Assembly (NCBI GenBank): GCA_035362335.1
Contig: DAOSDL010000004.1
Span: 114,759-178,758 of the forward strand
Direction of reading: 5' to 3'
DNA: 64,000 nucleotides
From: Bacteroidota bacterium
GTDB lineage: Bacteria; Bacteroidota; Ignavibacteria; SZUA-365
The notes under the pieces were generated by a model. The model saw only the letters and a list, made by a program, of their open reading frames with translations, searched no databases and was not told the DNA's origin. How positions within the stretch are numbered: position 1 is the stretch's first letter; each line of letters begins with the position of its first letter. Both the position numbers and the translations under genes were made by a program. Of this stretch, positions 17,632 to 28,071 are shown in pieces.

Positions 17632-20600
17632 ATGAGACAGCGATCGACATGGGTAATACTGACGCTTGCGGTCATTGGACTGGCCGCAACGTCCTCGGCG
17701 CAGGTATCGCTCAACGCGCTGAACGTCGCGCAGACACAGGATTTCAATACACTCGTCACCAGTGGTTCGGCCACCTGGGCCGACAACAGCACGATCAGCG
17801 GCTGGTACCACGCACGCACCGGCACGGGCACGACGATTGTGGCGAATGACGGTGCGAGCAATGCGGGAAATCTCTACAGTTACGGCACCAGCACCAATAC
17901 GGAACGTGCTCTGGGAACCGTCGGTTCGAGCAATGCCGCCGTGGGGAATCTGTACTACGGTGTGCGCCTCGTCAACAACACCGGCGCCACCATCACTTCG
18001 CTCAACATTTCCTACATCGGCGAGCAGTGGCGCTACAGTGGTACGGCCGCGGCGCAGACAGTGACCTTCGCCTATCAGGTGGGGACGGGCTTGAGCAGTT
18101 TGACAACGGGCACGTGGACCAGCGTTGCCGCGTTGGATTTCACCAGTCCCATCATCAGCGGCACAACAGGCGCACTGGATGGGAATGCTGCCGCCAATCG
18201 CGTCAACATCACGAGCACGCTTGCCATTGTGCTCACACCCGGGCAGGAGATCATGCTGCGCTGGTACGATCCGGATCACTCGGGAAGCGATCACGGTCTG
18301 GCGATCGACGACTTCTCCGTTACCCCGCAGGGTTCGGCGGGACCGACCACGGTGGCCTTTGCCACATCCAGTTCCTCCGTCGGTGAGAATGCTGGCTTGG
18401 TGAGCATCCCTCTGACCATCACCAATCCCGACGCCGCGAACGCCACGCAGGTGACCATTGCCCTCAGCGGTGGCACGGCGACGAATGGCAGCGACATCGT
18501 TCCGGCCTACAGCACGCAGGTCGTGACCTTCCCCGCCGGGAGTGGAGCGAATCAATCCATTTCCTTCACCATTAACGACGACGCGCTGTTCGAAGGAAAT
18601 GAGAGCGCGGTATTCTCGATCACGAATGTCACCGGCGGGAATTCCGCATCGGCGGGAGCGCTGAACACGCACACGGTGACCATACTCGAGAACGACGCCC
18701 CTCCCACGCCCACGGTGATTTTGAACGAGTATTTCAACGCCTACGGCCATATCGGCACGGACGAGGCGGTGGAATTGTACGTGGTGCAGGACGGCCTCGA
18801 CATGCGCGGGTATTCGCTTGCCGACGCCACGTCCGGCGGCACCTATCCATTTGGCGTGCTGACCTTCTCGAATGACGCGCTGTGGAGCAATCTCCCCGCC
18901 GGTACCATCATCGTTATCGGCGGCATGTTCGCCGTCCCCATTCCGGATACGGATGTCTCGGATGGCCTTCTGCTCCTGCAAGCGCCCGCCAATGGTGCGA
19001 GCAATCAGTACTTCACGCACAGCAGCAATACGCTGTCCATCGCCGGTTCGTCAGACGCCATCGCCGTCCGCGATGCCGGAGCCAATTTCATCCACGGTCT
19101 CGCGCACGGCAGCAGCAATCAATTCACGCTGCCCGCCGGGCGTCATGGTTGGAAAAGCGGAACATCCAACAGCGTCGAGAGCGTCGCCTTTACGCGCAGT
19201 GGCGCGCCGATGAGCTATCTCGATTTCCTCGCTAACACCTATGTTGCCGCCTTGCCACCCAGCATCGGCAATCCCAACGACAGCGACGGCAACCGCGCGT
19301 ATCTCCGCAGTATCCGCAACCGCATCGTCACGGCCAATCGCAGCATCAGCGGCCTGTTCTACTGGGACATCACCGTGGACAACAACGCAACGCTGACGCT
19401 CGCGGGGCCGCTCAACGTGTGCAATACCCTGCGCGTCGAGGACGGCCGCCTGGTGGAGAATGCGCAGGGACTGTCGCTCAACGGCAATGGCAACGCACAG
19501 AACGGTGCGGGCGTTGGAGACCTCATCGTCGGTGACAATGCCGCGCCGGCGGGCATTCTGGAGTTGATCGGAAATCCCACCCCGATCACCGGAGGTTTCC
19601 TCGCATCGGCAACCGATGCGGAGGTGCGCTATGTCTCATCGCAGACGCAAACCATTCTGCCCGCCACGTATTTCAACCTCACACTCGCCAATGCCATCAG
19701 TAATCCGAAGCTGATCACCGGACCGGTGACCGTCCTCGGCACGCTCTCCATTCCGACCTCGAATCGCCTCGAGATACAGGATCCTCTCATCGTCGAACTC
19801 GGTCCGACCGGCATTCTTGCCAACGCGGGATTCCTCCGTGGAAAAATTCGCACAACCCGCTTCTATGCTGGCGGCGTGCAGAACTTCGGCGGCCTCGGGA
19901 TCACCTTGGATGCCCCTCCGATTGTGGCCGCCACATCCATCGATCCCGTGATCAACGCCGCACCCGGCACGGTCACCGTAACTTTGCACTCCGGTATCTA
20001 TCGCTGGGTGAACAACAGACCTTCGATACTCCGCAATTACCTCATACAGGACAGCAACCCGTCGGCGATGACTGTCACGATGAAGGTGGACTACCTGGAT
20101 TCGGATCTGAACGGGCAAACGGAGTCGGGCCTGCAATTATTCAAATCAAGCGATGCGGGGGTGAACTGGAGCAATCGACCTGCGACCTTGAACACCTCCA
20201 CGAACAGCTTCACCCTGTCGTTGTCGGATATTGATGGTTTGTGGACGATGCACGCCAATCCCCCGCAGGGCATGCTCACCGCAAATCCTGCGGCTCTGAA
20301 TTTCGCGGCGGAAGAGCTTGGTCCCCTACCCGCGACACAGTTGCTCGCTATCGCGAATGCCTATGGAAATGGCTCGATCGTTGAATGGGTCGCCACATCT
20401 GGAACGCCGGAAGCTCCGACCTGGCTGAGCCTTTCTCCTGTCCCTGCCTCTGGCGTGAACAGCGGGAATGTCACTGTGCAGATCACACGCAGCAATCTTG
20501 CACCGGGCACGTACAGCGGAACGATCACCATCACCGATCCGCATGCGACGAACTCGCCCTTGCTCGTTCCTGTCACCTACCGCGTGTACGCACAGCGGCG

Positions 20601-21936
20601 CATCAGCATCGGCGTTGACACATTGCGCATCAAGCTGACCTACAAGAAACCGAAGGTCACTACCAGCATCCCCGTGATCAACGGCGGCGAATCCTTCGGC
20701 CCCGGCATGATTGTGTGGAATGCCGCAACCGCCACACCCTGGTTGCGCATCACGAATGGAGCCGGCATGGAGGGCGACTTCCTGGGACTCGAGATCGATG
20801 CGCATCTGTTCGCCTCGGGCACATACACCGGCGCGCTGACCATCAGCGGGACGAACTCCGTCACGGGCACACCCATCGTGAATTCGCCGCTGAACGTCGT
20901 GGTGTTGCTGGAAGTGGAACCCTGGGACAGCGTGTTGCGCAGCGCCAGCGCCCTGCCCGCGGGGAGTATCACCACGTTTTACAACGACAAGGGCCATCGC
21001 ATGGCACGCATCCAGGTAGTGTCGGGAACGATACAGACCTTGAGCATCCGCCTCAATCCCTTCTCGCTTCCTCGCAATATCCAGCGTCTCAAATACGTGT
21101 ACCGCCATTACGTGGTGGAAGCCACTGGATCGTACATCGCCAACATGACGCTCTGGTATTCGCTCAACGAACTCGTGCAAACGGGCATCACCGAGCCATG
21201 GAATCTGGGCATGTGGCGACAAAGCCCGCAGCTCTTCTCCTGGTCGCCGATTCCGAGCTACGCCAACCATGTCGAACAGGCGGTGACCGGTCTCAACCTC
21301 GGCAACCTGAACGGAATCTGGGCCATGGCCGAGCCGTACTTCCCGCTGATTGTGAACGTGAAGAACTTCGATGCGCAGTGGCAGAGCGGCAGCTCGTCCG
21401 TCTTGCGCTGGACGGATGAACGCGACGTCAGCGAGTTGGGCTATGTCATCGAACGCAGTGCGCGCAACAGCGACGAATGGCGCTCGCTGGGCATCGTTGC
21501 CCGCGGCGAAGGTCGCGAGTACAGCTTTGTGGACGCCGAGGCGGGTTCCACCGACGGCTGGCGCTACCGCCTGCTGAGTTTCGACCGCGAGGGCAACGCC
21601 CTGCAAACCGAGCCGGTCGAGTTGCTACCGCTGGGAATTCTCTCTTCGGAAGCATTGAAAAATCTGGGCTACGCTTTGGAGCAAAACGTCCCGAATCCCG
21701 TGCACGTGGCGGGTGGAAGCACGTCGATACGATTCACATTGCCCACAGCGTCGGTGATCTCGCTGCGCCTCGTGGACATGCTCGGTCGCGAAGTGGCCGT
21801 GCTTGCCGCGGGTGCGCACAACGCGGGTTCCCATGAACTCCGTCTGCCTGTGGGAACGCTCGAGGCGGGTTCCTACCTGTACCAACTCGTGACGCCGCAA
21901 GGCAGCATCACAAGGCGCCTGTTGATCGTACGCTGA
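17632..21936 (+). CDS. Large secreted multidomain protein, T9SS cargo (Calx-beta-like, lamin-tail-like, Ig/BACON-like repeats, T9SS C-terminal domain)
   Basis: 1434 aa with signal peptide MRQRSTWVILTLAVIGLAATSSAQ. The Calx-beta-like block is VAFATSSSSVGENAGLVSIPLTITNP...INDDALFEGNESAVFSITNV. The LTD-like block is VILNEYFNAYGHIGTDEAVELYVVQDG. The C-terminus ...STSIRFTLP...LRLVDMLGREVAVL...GSYLYQLVTPQGSITRRLLIVR fits the Por secretion tail pattern. Confidence 0.8.
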   Translation: MRQRSTWVILTLAVIGLAATSSAQVSLNALNVAQTQDFNTLVTSGSATWADNSTISGWYHARTGTGTTIVANDGASNAGNLYSYGTSTNTERALGTVGSSNAAVGNLYYGVRLVNNTGATITSLNISYIGEQWRYSGTAAAQTVTFAYQVGTGLSSLTTGTWTSVAALDFTSPIISGTTGALDGNAAANRVNITSTLAIVLTPGQEIMLRWYDPDHSGSDHGLAIDDFSVTPQGSAGPTTVAFATSSSSVGENAGLVSIPLTITNPDAANATQVTIALSGGTATNGSDIVPAYSTQVVTFPAGSGANQSISFTINDDALFEGNESAVFSITNVTGGNSASAGALNTHTVTILENDAPPTPTVILNEYFNAYGHIGTDEAVELYVVQDGLDMRGYSLADATSGGTYPFGVLTFSNDALWSNLPAGTIIVIGGMFAVPIPDTDVSDGLLLLQAPANGASNQYFTHSSNTLSIAGSSDAIAVRDAGANFIHGLAHGSSNQFTLPAGRHGWKSGTSNSVESVAFTRSGAPMSYLDFLANTYVAALPPSIGNPNDSDGNRAYLRSIRNRIVTANRSISGLFYWDITVDNNATLTLAGPLNVCNTLRVEDGRLVENAQGLSLNGNGNAQNGAGVGDLIVGDNAAPAGILELIGNPTPITGGFLASATDAEVRYVSSQTQTILPATYFNLTLANAISNPKLITGPVTVLGTLSIPTSNRLEIQDPLIVELGPTGILANAGFLRGKIRTTRFYAGGVQNFGGLGITLDAPPIVAATSIDPVINAAPGTVTVTLHSGIYRWVNNRPSILRNYLIQDSNPSAMTVTMKVDYLDSDLNGQTESGLQLFKSSDAGVNWSNRPATLNTSTNSFTLSLSDIDGLWTMHANPPQGMLTANPAALNFAAEELGPLPATQLLAIANAYGNGSIVEWVATSGTPEAPTWLSLSPVPASGVNSGNVTVQITRSNLAPGTYSGTITITDPHATNSPLLVPVTYRVYAQRRISIGVDTLRIKLTYKKPKVTTSIPVINGGESFGPGMIVWNAATATPWLRITNGAGMEGDFLGLEIDAHLFASGTYTGALTISGTNSVTGTPIVNSPLNVVVLLEVEPWDSVLRSASALPAGSITTFYNDKGHRMARIQVVSGTIQTLSIRLNPFSLPRNIQRLKYVYRHYVVEATGSYIANMTLWYSLNELVQTGITEPWNLGMWRQSPQLFSWSPIPSYANHVEQAVTGLNLGNLNGIWAMAEPYFPLIVNVKNFDAQWQSGSSSVLRWTDERDVSELGYVIERSARNSDEWRSLGIVARGEGREYSFVDAEAGSTDGWRYRLLSFDREGNALQTEPVELLPLGILSSEALKNLGYALEQNVPNPVHVAGGSTSIRFTLPTASVISLRLVDMLGREVAVLAAGAHNAGSHELRLPVGTLEAGSYLYQLVTPQGSITRRLLIVR

Positions 21937-21962
21937 TCGGCAGTCGATCACTCCCGATGCGC

Positions 21963-21996
21963 GAGGCCGTTCCAAAAGGAGCGGCCTCTCCTTTTT
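21963..21996 (+). terminator. Rho-independent terminator
   Basis: GAGGCCGTTCC-AAAA-GGAGCGGCCTC followed by TCCTTTTT. Confidence 0.65.
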
Positions 21997-22118
21997 CCGC
22001 TCACAGGCGCAATGCCTGTGGGAAATGATGGATGAATTTGTCAGATTACGTGCACAGGATTCCGCGGCGGAATCCCTCGCATGACACGCCCCTATACCCG
22101 CAGCGCACCGAAGCTCGC

Positions 22119-22676
22119 ATGGATATCCTCACCCTGCTGTTTATCGCCTTCGCCCTTGCCATGGACGCCTTCGCCGTATCGGTATCGGCGGGCGCATGGT
22201 TGAAGAAGGCGAATCCGCGCCAGACCTTTCGCTTGGCCTTCCATTTCGGCTTGTTCCAGTTTCTCATGCCCGTCATCGGCTGGTTCGCCGGTACGGGATT
22301 CTCCTCACTGATAGGCAGCGTGGATCACTGGATCGCGTTCGTCTTGCTCGCCATCATCGGCGGCCGCATGATCGTCTCCTCGTTGCGCAAGGAAGCCGAG
22401 GAGATCCGCAAGGATGTGACGAAGGGATGGTCACTGGTGAGTCTGTCGGTGGCAACCAGTATCGACGCGTTGGCGGTGGGACTGAGTCTGTCGATGCTGC
22501 GGGTTCACATCGTGCTGCCCGCCATTGTCATTGGCGTTGTGGCGGCGGGTATGTCGTTTCTGGGGGTACGATTGGGAGAGCGGGCGTCGCATTCGCTGGG
22601 TCCGCATGTGGAATTCGCCGGTGGGGTGATACTGGTGCTCATCGGCGTGCGCATTGTGGTGGAACATCTGGCCTGA
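22119..22676 (+). CDS. mntP: Manganese efflux pump MntP
   Basis: Trimmed to the ATG at 22119. MDILTLLFIAFALAMDAFAVSVSAG... and the second half ...SLSVATSIDALAVGLSL form the duplicated DUF204 motif. 185 aa. Confidence 0.85.
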   Translation: MDILTLLFIAFALAMDAFAVSVSAGAWLKKANPRQTFRLAFHFGLFQFLMPVIGWFAGTGFSSLIGSVDHWIAFVLLAIIGGRMIVSSLRKEAEEIRKDVTKGWSLVSLSVATSIDALAVGLSLSMLRVHIVLPAIVIGVVAAGMSFLGVRLGERASHSLGPHVEFAGGVILVLIGVRIVVEHLA

Positions 22677-22682
22677 GCGCCA

Positions 22683-23372
22683 TCACTCCTTCGGGATGGT
22701 CGCGCCCATGCGTCCCATGACCCACTGAATGCGTCGTTGGATGTAGCGTGTGGGCTCGGCGGGCGACCAGCGGCGGGGATTGGGGAGCACGGCTGCGATG
22801 GCCGCAGCTTCGCGGCGGGTGAGATCGGCCGAGGATTTGCCGAAATACCGCCTCGCGGCGGCTTCCACACCGTAAATACCGTCACCCGTTTCAATCACAT
22901 TGGCATACACTTCAAGGATGCGCTTCTTGCCCCACAGTGCTTCGATCATGTAGGTGAACCAGGCCTCCAGCCCTTTGCGCACGTAGGTTCGCCCATGCCA
23001 GAGAAAGGTGTTCTTGGCTGTCTGCATGGTGATGGTACTCGCTCCACGCACTTTCCTGCCCTTGTGCAGACGGTTGTAGCGCATGGCATCTTCCATCGCG
23101 CGCCAGTCGATGCCGTTGTGCCGCATGAAGCGACCATCCTCGGCGGCGATCACCGCGCGGAACACATTCGGTGACATCTGTTCGTAGGGAATCCACACCC
23201 GATGCGCACCGACAGGTTTTCCCTCAAGCAAGCCCTCGTACACGCGGAGATACATCAGCGGTGTTGCGGGTGGCGGGTAGACGCGAAACAGAGCCACCAT
23301 CATAACAGCGAGGAAGCACGCAACCCCCGCGCCGCGAAACAACCAACGAATTCCTCGAAAAGCTTTGCGCAT
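22683..23372 (-). CDS. mtgA: Monofunctional biosynthetic peptidoglycan transglycosylase
   Basis: Trimmed to the ATG at 23372. GT51 motifs are AVIAAEDGRFMRHNGIDW, STITMQTAKN and RKGLEAWFTYMIEALWGKKRILEVYANV. Confidence 0.85.
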   Translation of the reverse strand: MRKAFRGIRWLFRGAGVACFLAVMMVALFRVYPPPATPLMYLRVYEGLLEGKPVGAHRVWIPYEQMSPNVFRAVIAAEDGRFMRHNGIDWRAMEDAMRYNRLHKGRKVRGASTITMQTAKNTFLWHGRTYVRKGLEAWFTYMIEALWGKKRILEVYANVIETGDGIYGVEAAARRYFGKSSADLTRREAAAIAAVLPNPRRWSPAEPTRYIQRRIQWVMGRMGATIPKE

Positions 23373-23539
23373 GCCCTTATCCGTAAAAAGTAACCCGATA
23401 AATATACCGAGAAAATTTCTTACCTTTGCCCTGTATCCGATGTAACCTTTCCCCATTGATGCTGGTCATACTCCAGTCCTTTCGAATCGGACGCCCTTAC
23501 TCTCGACATTCCATCACTCATTCACTCTACAGGTGCCCC

Positions 23540-24640
23540 ATGAAACATGCCCTGTCCCTCTCCCTGCTCGCCCTCGTGCTGTTGGCGACCGCGTGCAGTG
23601 ACGATCCGCAGTCGAACAGCATGCTCACCGCCCCCGCCTCCAACGGCGCAAGCGTGAACATGAACCTCGATCTTGGACAGATCGCGCTCATTGACGAAAT
23701 GAGCTTCCTCGAAGAAGACATGTCCGTGCTACTCAATTCCTCTCAGCTCTCCACCTATGAGAACCTGATCACAGCCATGGACGGCGATCGCCGCGGTCCG
23801 CGCATGGGTATCGACATGGCCGCCATCGCCTGGTTGAACCTCATCATCCGCGCGAATCCGGATCTCACCGGAGAGCAAATCAGCGCACTCCGCGATCTGA
23901 TCCGCCAGTACGCCGAACTGCGCCTTGCAGAAATGAACAGCGGCAAGTCCCGCGAGGAAATCGCCGAGGCGCTCAAGCAATTGCATGAGCAACTCATCGC
24001 CGCCATCAATGCCGCCGTGGGCGACACCGCCGTGCAGAACGCCGAGAAGCTGAAAGCCGAACTCGAGCAGAAGCGTCGCGAATTGCAGGAGAAACTCGAG
24101 CAACTCCGCATCGACCGCGAAGTCGCCCGCATGAAGGCAGCCCTGGGTCTGACGGACGATCAGGCCGCCGATGTCGCCGCGATCCTGAAGTGGCAGCACG
24201 AGCAGATGCGCCTGCTGCGCGAGCAGTACAAGGGCGATCCCGAGGGCTACAAGGCCGCGCTGGCAGAACTGCTGGCCACCATCGACACCAAGATGACCGA
24301 AGCCATCGGTGATCTGTGGACGAAGTGGAAGGAAATCCGCAGCGGCAAGATCCCCATCGATCCCGCGCAGCGCATCGAACTGCAGATTGCGGAACTCACC
24401 AAGCTGCTCGGTCTCACTCCCGATCAGGCCGCCGCGATCAAACAGCTTCTCATCGAGCAGCAAGCCCAAATCGATGAACTGATGAAAGACACCTCGCTCG
24501 ATCGTCGCGAATTGGCGCAGCGAATGAACGAGATCAACAAGACCACGCACGAGAAGATTATGTCCCTCCTCACGCCCGAGCAGCAGAAGCTGTTCCAGCG
24601 CTGGAGAATGGGCGGCATCCGTCCGGGTGGCCGCGGATAA
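23540..24640 (+). CDS. Helical lipoprotein with repeated LTXXQ motifs (Spy/CpxP-like repeats)
   Basis: Trimmed to the ATG at 23540. Lipobox LLALVLLATAC. The motifs LTGEQISAL, LTDDQAADV, LTPDQAAAI and LTPEQQKLF sit in a coiled-coil-rich sequence. Confidence 0.55.
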   Translation: MKHALSLSLLALVLLATACSDDPQSNSMLTAPASNGASVNMNLDLGQIALIDEMSFLEEDMSVLLNSSQLSTYENLITAMDGDRRGPRMGIDMAAIAWLNLIIRANPDLTGEQISALRDLIRQYAELRLAEMNSGKSREEIAEALKQLHEQLIAAINAAVGDTAVQNAEKLKAELEQKRRELQEKLEQLRIDREVARMKAALGLTDDQAADVAAILKWQHEQMRLLREQYKGDPEGYKAALAELLATIDTKMTEAIGDLWTKWKEIRSGKIPIDPAQRIELQIAELTKLLGLTPDQAAAIKQLLIEQQAQIDELMKDTSLDRRELAQRMNEINKTTHEKIMSLLTPEQQKLFQRWRMGGIRPGGRG

Positions 24641-24675
24641 TCGGAGCATACTCCTCCTGACCGTCACCACGTGAC

Positions 24676-24718
24676 GCAGACAACCCCGACAGCAATGCCG
24701 GGGTTGTCTGCGTTTATC
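24676..24718 (+). terminator. Rho-independent terminator
   Basis: GCAGACAACCCCG-10 nt-CGGGGTTGTCTGC followed by GTTTAT. Confidence 0.65.
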
Positions 24719-24957
24719 GGGTTCATCGAGACCACGCGAACACAGTGATCGGCGAGATTACGACATGCGCGCAGGAATTACGGAGAAAGCAGCCCTGCGG
24801 ATTGCGACGGTCCATCGCATGCTACCAGCTTTGCCAACCACCACCCTCCAGCACATACGCCTTGCCCCATACGTTCAGCCCTGCGCGTCGAGCGCTTCAA
24901 ACGCCGCCGACTAGAATTCGATCCTTGTTGGCCGCGTCATCCATCCATCCTCCGTGC

Positions 24958-25013
24958 CCTTTGCGACCTTTGCGACCTTTGCGACCACTGCGACCTCTGC
25001 GCTTTGCGCTTTG
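24958..25013. repeat. Degenerating 9-bp tandem repeat (CCTTTGCGA x3, then CCACTGCGA, CCTCTGCG, CTTTGCG, CTTTG)
   Basis: Read directly from the sequence. It lies about 115-170 bp upstream of the icd ATG and is intergenic. Confidence 0.8.
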
Positions 25014-25127
25014 TCCACTTTTTTTTCTACTTTATCAGTATTGTCCGAATCCATACCGGCAATCGCTGCATCCAGCGTTCATGGCCCCTGCGGGACCCCA
25101 CAACACTGTACCTACTCTGGAGACATC

Positions 25128-26375
<1,248 letters not shown>

Positions 26376-26390
26376 CAGGAGCACTGTATC

Positions 26391-26753
26391 ATGACACGCT
26401 TCACCCTCGTGCTTGCCGTGCTGCTGCTCGCGAGCACCACCTCCATCGCCTCGAGCGATCTGATGAAGGAAAAGACCGAGCATGCCGAACGCATGTTCCG
26501 CAACCTGGCTATCGGCGACCTCGCCACCGTGAAGGAGGAGGCCGACAAGCTGGAGAAGCTCACCATCAAGGCGGATTTCGCAGCGATGGGCAAAGAGTAC
26601 GAGGAGTACGCCACCGAATTTCTGAAAATCGTACGCGCACTCAAGCAGGAAGCCGGACGCAACAATCTCGCCGGTTCCTATTACCAATTCACCCGCATGA
26701 CCGGCGTCTGCTTCGCTTGCCACGACCAGTTGCGCGACAAGCGGAAGCAATAA
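26391..26753 (+). CDS. Class II c-type cytochrome (cytochrome c-prime / c556-like four-helix bundle)
   Basis: 120 aa with a signal peptide and helical content. A single CXXCH motif (CFACH) lies close to the C-terminus, which is the class II arrangement. Confidence 0.6.
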   Translation: MTRFTLVLAVLLLASTTSIASSDLMKEKTEHAERMFRNLAIGDLATVKEEADKLEKLTIKADFAAMGKEYEEYATEFLKIVRALKQEAGRNNLAGSYYQFTRMTGVCFACHDQLRDKRKQ

Positions 26754-26835
26754 GCACGCTGCCACGCGATGTGGCGGCACGACAGTCGACGAACAAGGCA
26801 TTCACACTTCCCCCACGAGAACGAGAAAGGCAGCT

Positions 26836-27957
26836 ATGTATCTCTACCATCAGGGCAAACATACCCGGCAGGCCCACGTGAACCTGCCCGAGGGCACGTT
26901 CGAGGAGGAGCACGGACGGCAGGGATTTTTCGGACCCGTTTCGCATCTGTATCGACTGCATCCCCCCACGGACTGGACCGACTACCAGGGTCCGCTCCGT
27001 CCACAGGCCTTCGACTTCAATCAGGTCGTGCCGTCGGACATGGACGACGCCTCGGGCGGACGCCTCAAGCTGTTTTACAATGCCGATGTCGCCGTGTCCG
27101 TATCGCGCCGCAGCTCCGCCATGCCCTATTATTTCCGCAACGGCGATGGCGACGAATTGCTTTTCGTGCATGAGGGCAGCGGAACCATCGAAACCGATTA
27201 TGGCACGCTGCATTACGAAAAGGGCGACTACATTCACATTCCGCGTGTGACCACCTATCGCATCCACCCCGACGCGGGCGATTCCTTCTTCCTCATCATC
27301 GAGGCCTATCCCCAACTCACCGTGCCGTCCAAGGAACAGAAGGGCCTGATCGGCATGCACGCGCTGTTCGATCTCTCGGCCATCACGCTGCCTGTGCTGC
27401 CCGAGACCTATGAGGAGCGCGCGGGGATTCCGCATGAAATCCGCGTGCAGCGCGAAGGTGTGCTGTCCAGTGTGGTGTATCCTTTCAATCCGCTCGACGC
27501 CGTGGGTTGGAAAGGCGATCTTTACGCGTGGAAAATCAACGTGCGCGACATCCGCCCCGTGATGAGCCACCGCGTGCATCTGCCTCCGCCAGCCCACACC
27601 ACTTTTCTCATGAACAACGCCGTGGTATGCACCTTCCTTCCGCGACCGTTGGAGGAGGATGCCGACGCTCTGCGCATCCCCTTCTACCACCGCAACTCGG
27701 ATTACGATGAAGTGCTCTTTTATCACGCAGGCGATTTCTTCAGCCGCGACAATATCAAGCCCGGCATGGTGACGCTGCACCCCACGGGCGTGCATCACGG
27801 ACCGCATCCCAAGGCGCTCGCCAACATGCACAACCTCAAGCGCACGGACGAAATCGCCGTGATGCTCGATACCTTCAACACACTGCACGTCACCGAGGCC
27901 GCGCGCGCTGTGGAATGGTTGGATTACTGGAAAAGCTGGATGCGGAAAGATCCGTGA
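26836..27957 (+). CDS. hmgA: Homogentisate 1,2-dioxygenase
   Basis: 373 aa cupin-type protein. MYLYHQGKHTRQAHVNLPEGTFEEEHGRQGFFGPVSHLY...FYHRNSDYDEVLFYHAG...LHPTGVHHGPHP is the short HGD form seen in the FCB group. Confidence 0.75.
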   Translation: MYLYHQGKHTRQAHVNLPEGTFEEEHGRQGFFGPVSHLYRLHPPTDWTDYQGPLRPQAFDFNQVVPSDMDDASGGRLKLFYNADVAVSVSRRSSAMPYYFRNGDGDELLFVHEGSGTIETDYGTLHYEKGDYIHIPRVTTYRIHPDAGDSFFLIIEAYPQLTVPSKEQKGLIGMHALFDLSAITLPVLPETYEERAGIPHEIRVQREGVLSSVVYPFNPLDAVGWKGDLYAWKINVRDIRPVMSHRVHLPPPAHTTFLMNNAVVCTFLPRPLEEDADALRIPFYHRNSDYDEVLFYHAGDFFSRDNIKPGMVTLHPTGVHHGPHPKALANMHNLKRTDEIAVMLDTFNTLHVTEAARAVEWLDYWKSWMRKDP

Positions 27958-28002
27958 TTCCGGCTTCGGACCGAGGCAGCGGCTGTTGCTTTTCTTTCAA
28001 AA

Positions 28003-28038
28003 ACACAACGTCGTCCCTTCGCTAGGACGACGTTGTGT
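28003..28038. terminator. Bidirectional hairpin terminator between convergent genes
   Basis: ACACAACGTCGTCC-8 nt-GGACGACGTTGTGT with A-run and T-run flanks. Confidence 0.65.
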
Positions 28039-28071
28039 TTTTTCCAACTGTCGACAAGCACGCAGGTACCG

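Noticed and set aside
17521-19020. 499-aa minus-strand ORF, along with similar ones at 11441..12895, 20326..21606, 25035..26801, 26689..27888, 45256..46200, 46190..47566 and 48318..49256
   Set aside because: All are antisense shadows of strongly supported genes, and none has a recognisable domain.
21997-22118. Possible yybP-ykoY manganese riboswitch upstream of mntP
   Set aside because: mntP genes often carry this riboswitch. However, I could not find the conserved GGGGAGUAG-type core or the four-way junction pattern in the 120-nt leader. A covariance-model scan would be decisive.
24958-25013. CRISPR array? (this tandem repeat and the one at 59447..59523)
   Set aside because: The units are 9 and 18 bp and directly abut one another with no spacers. 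There are no cas genes in the window. These are simple tandem repeats.
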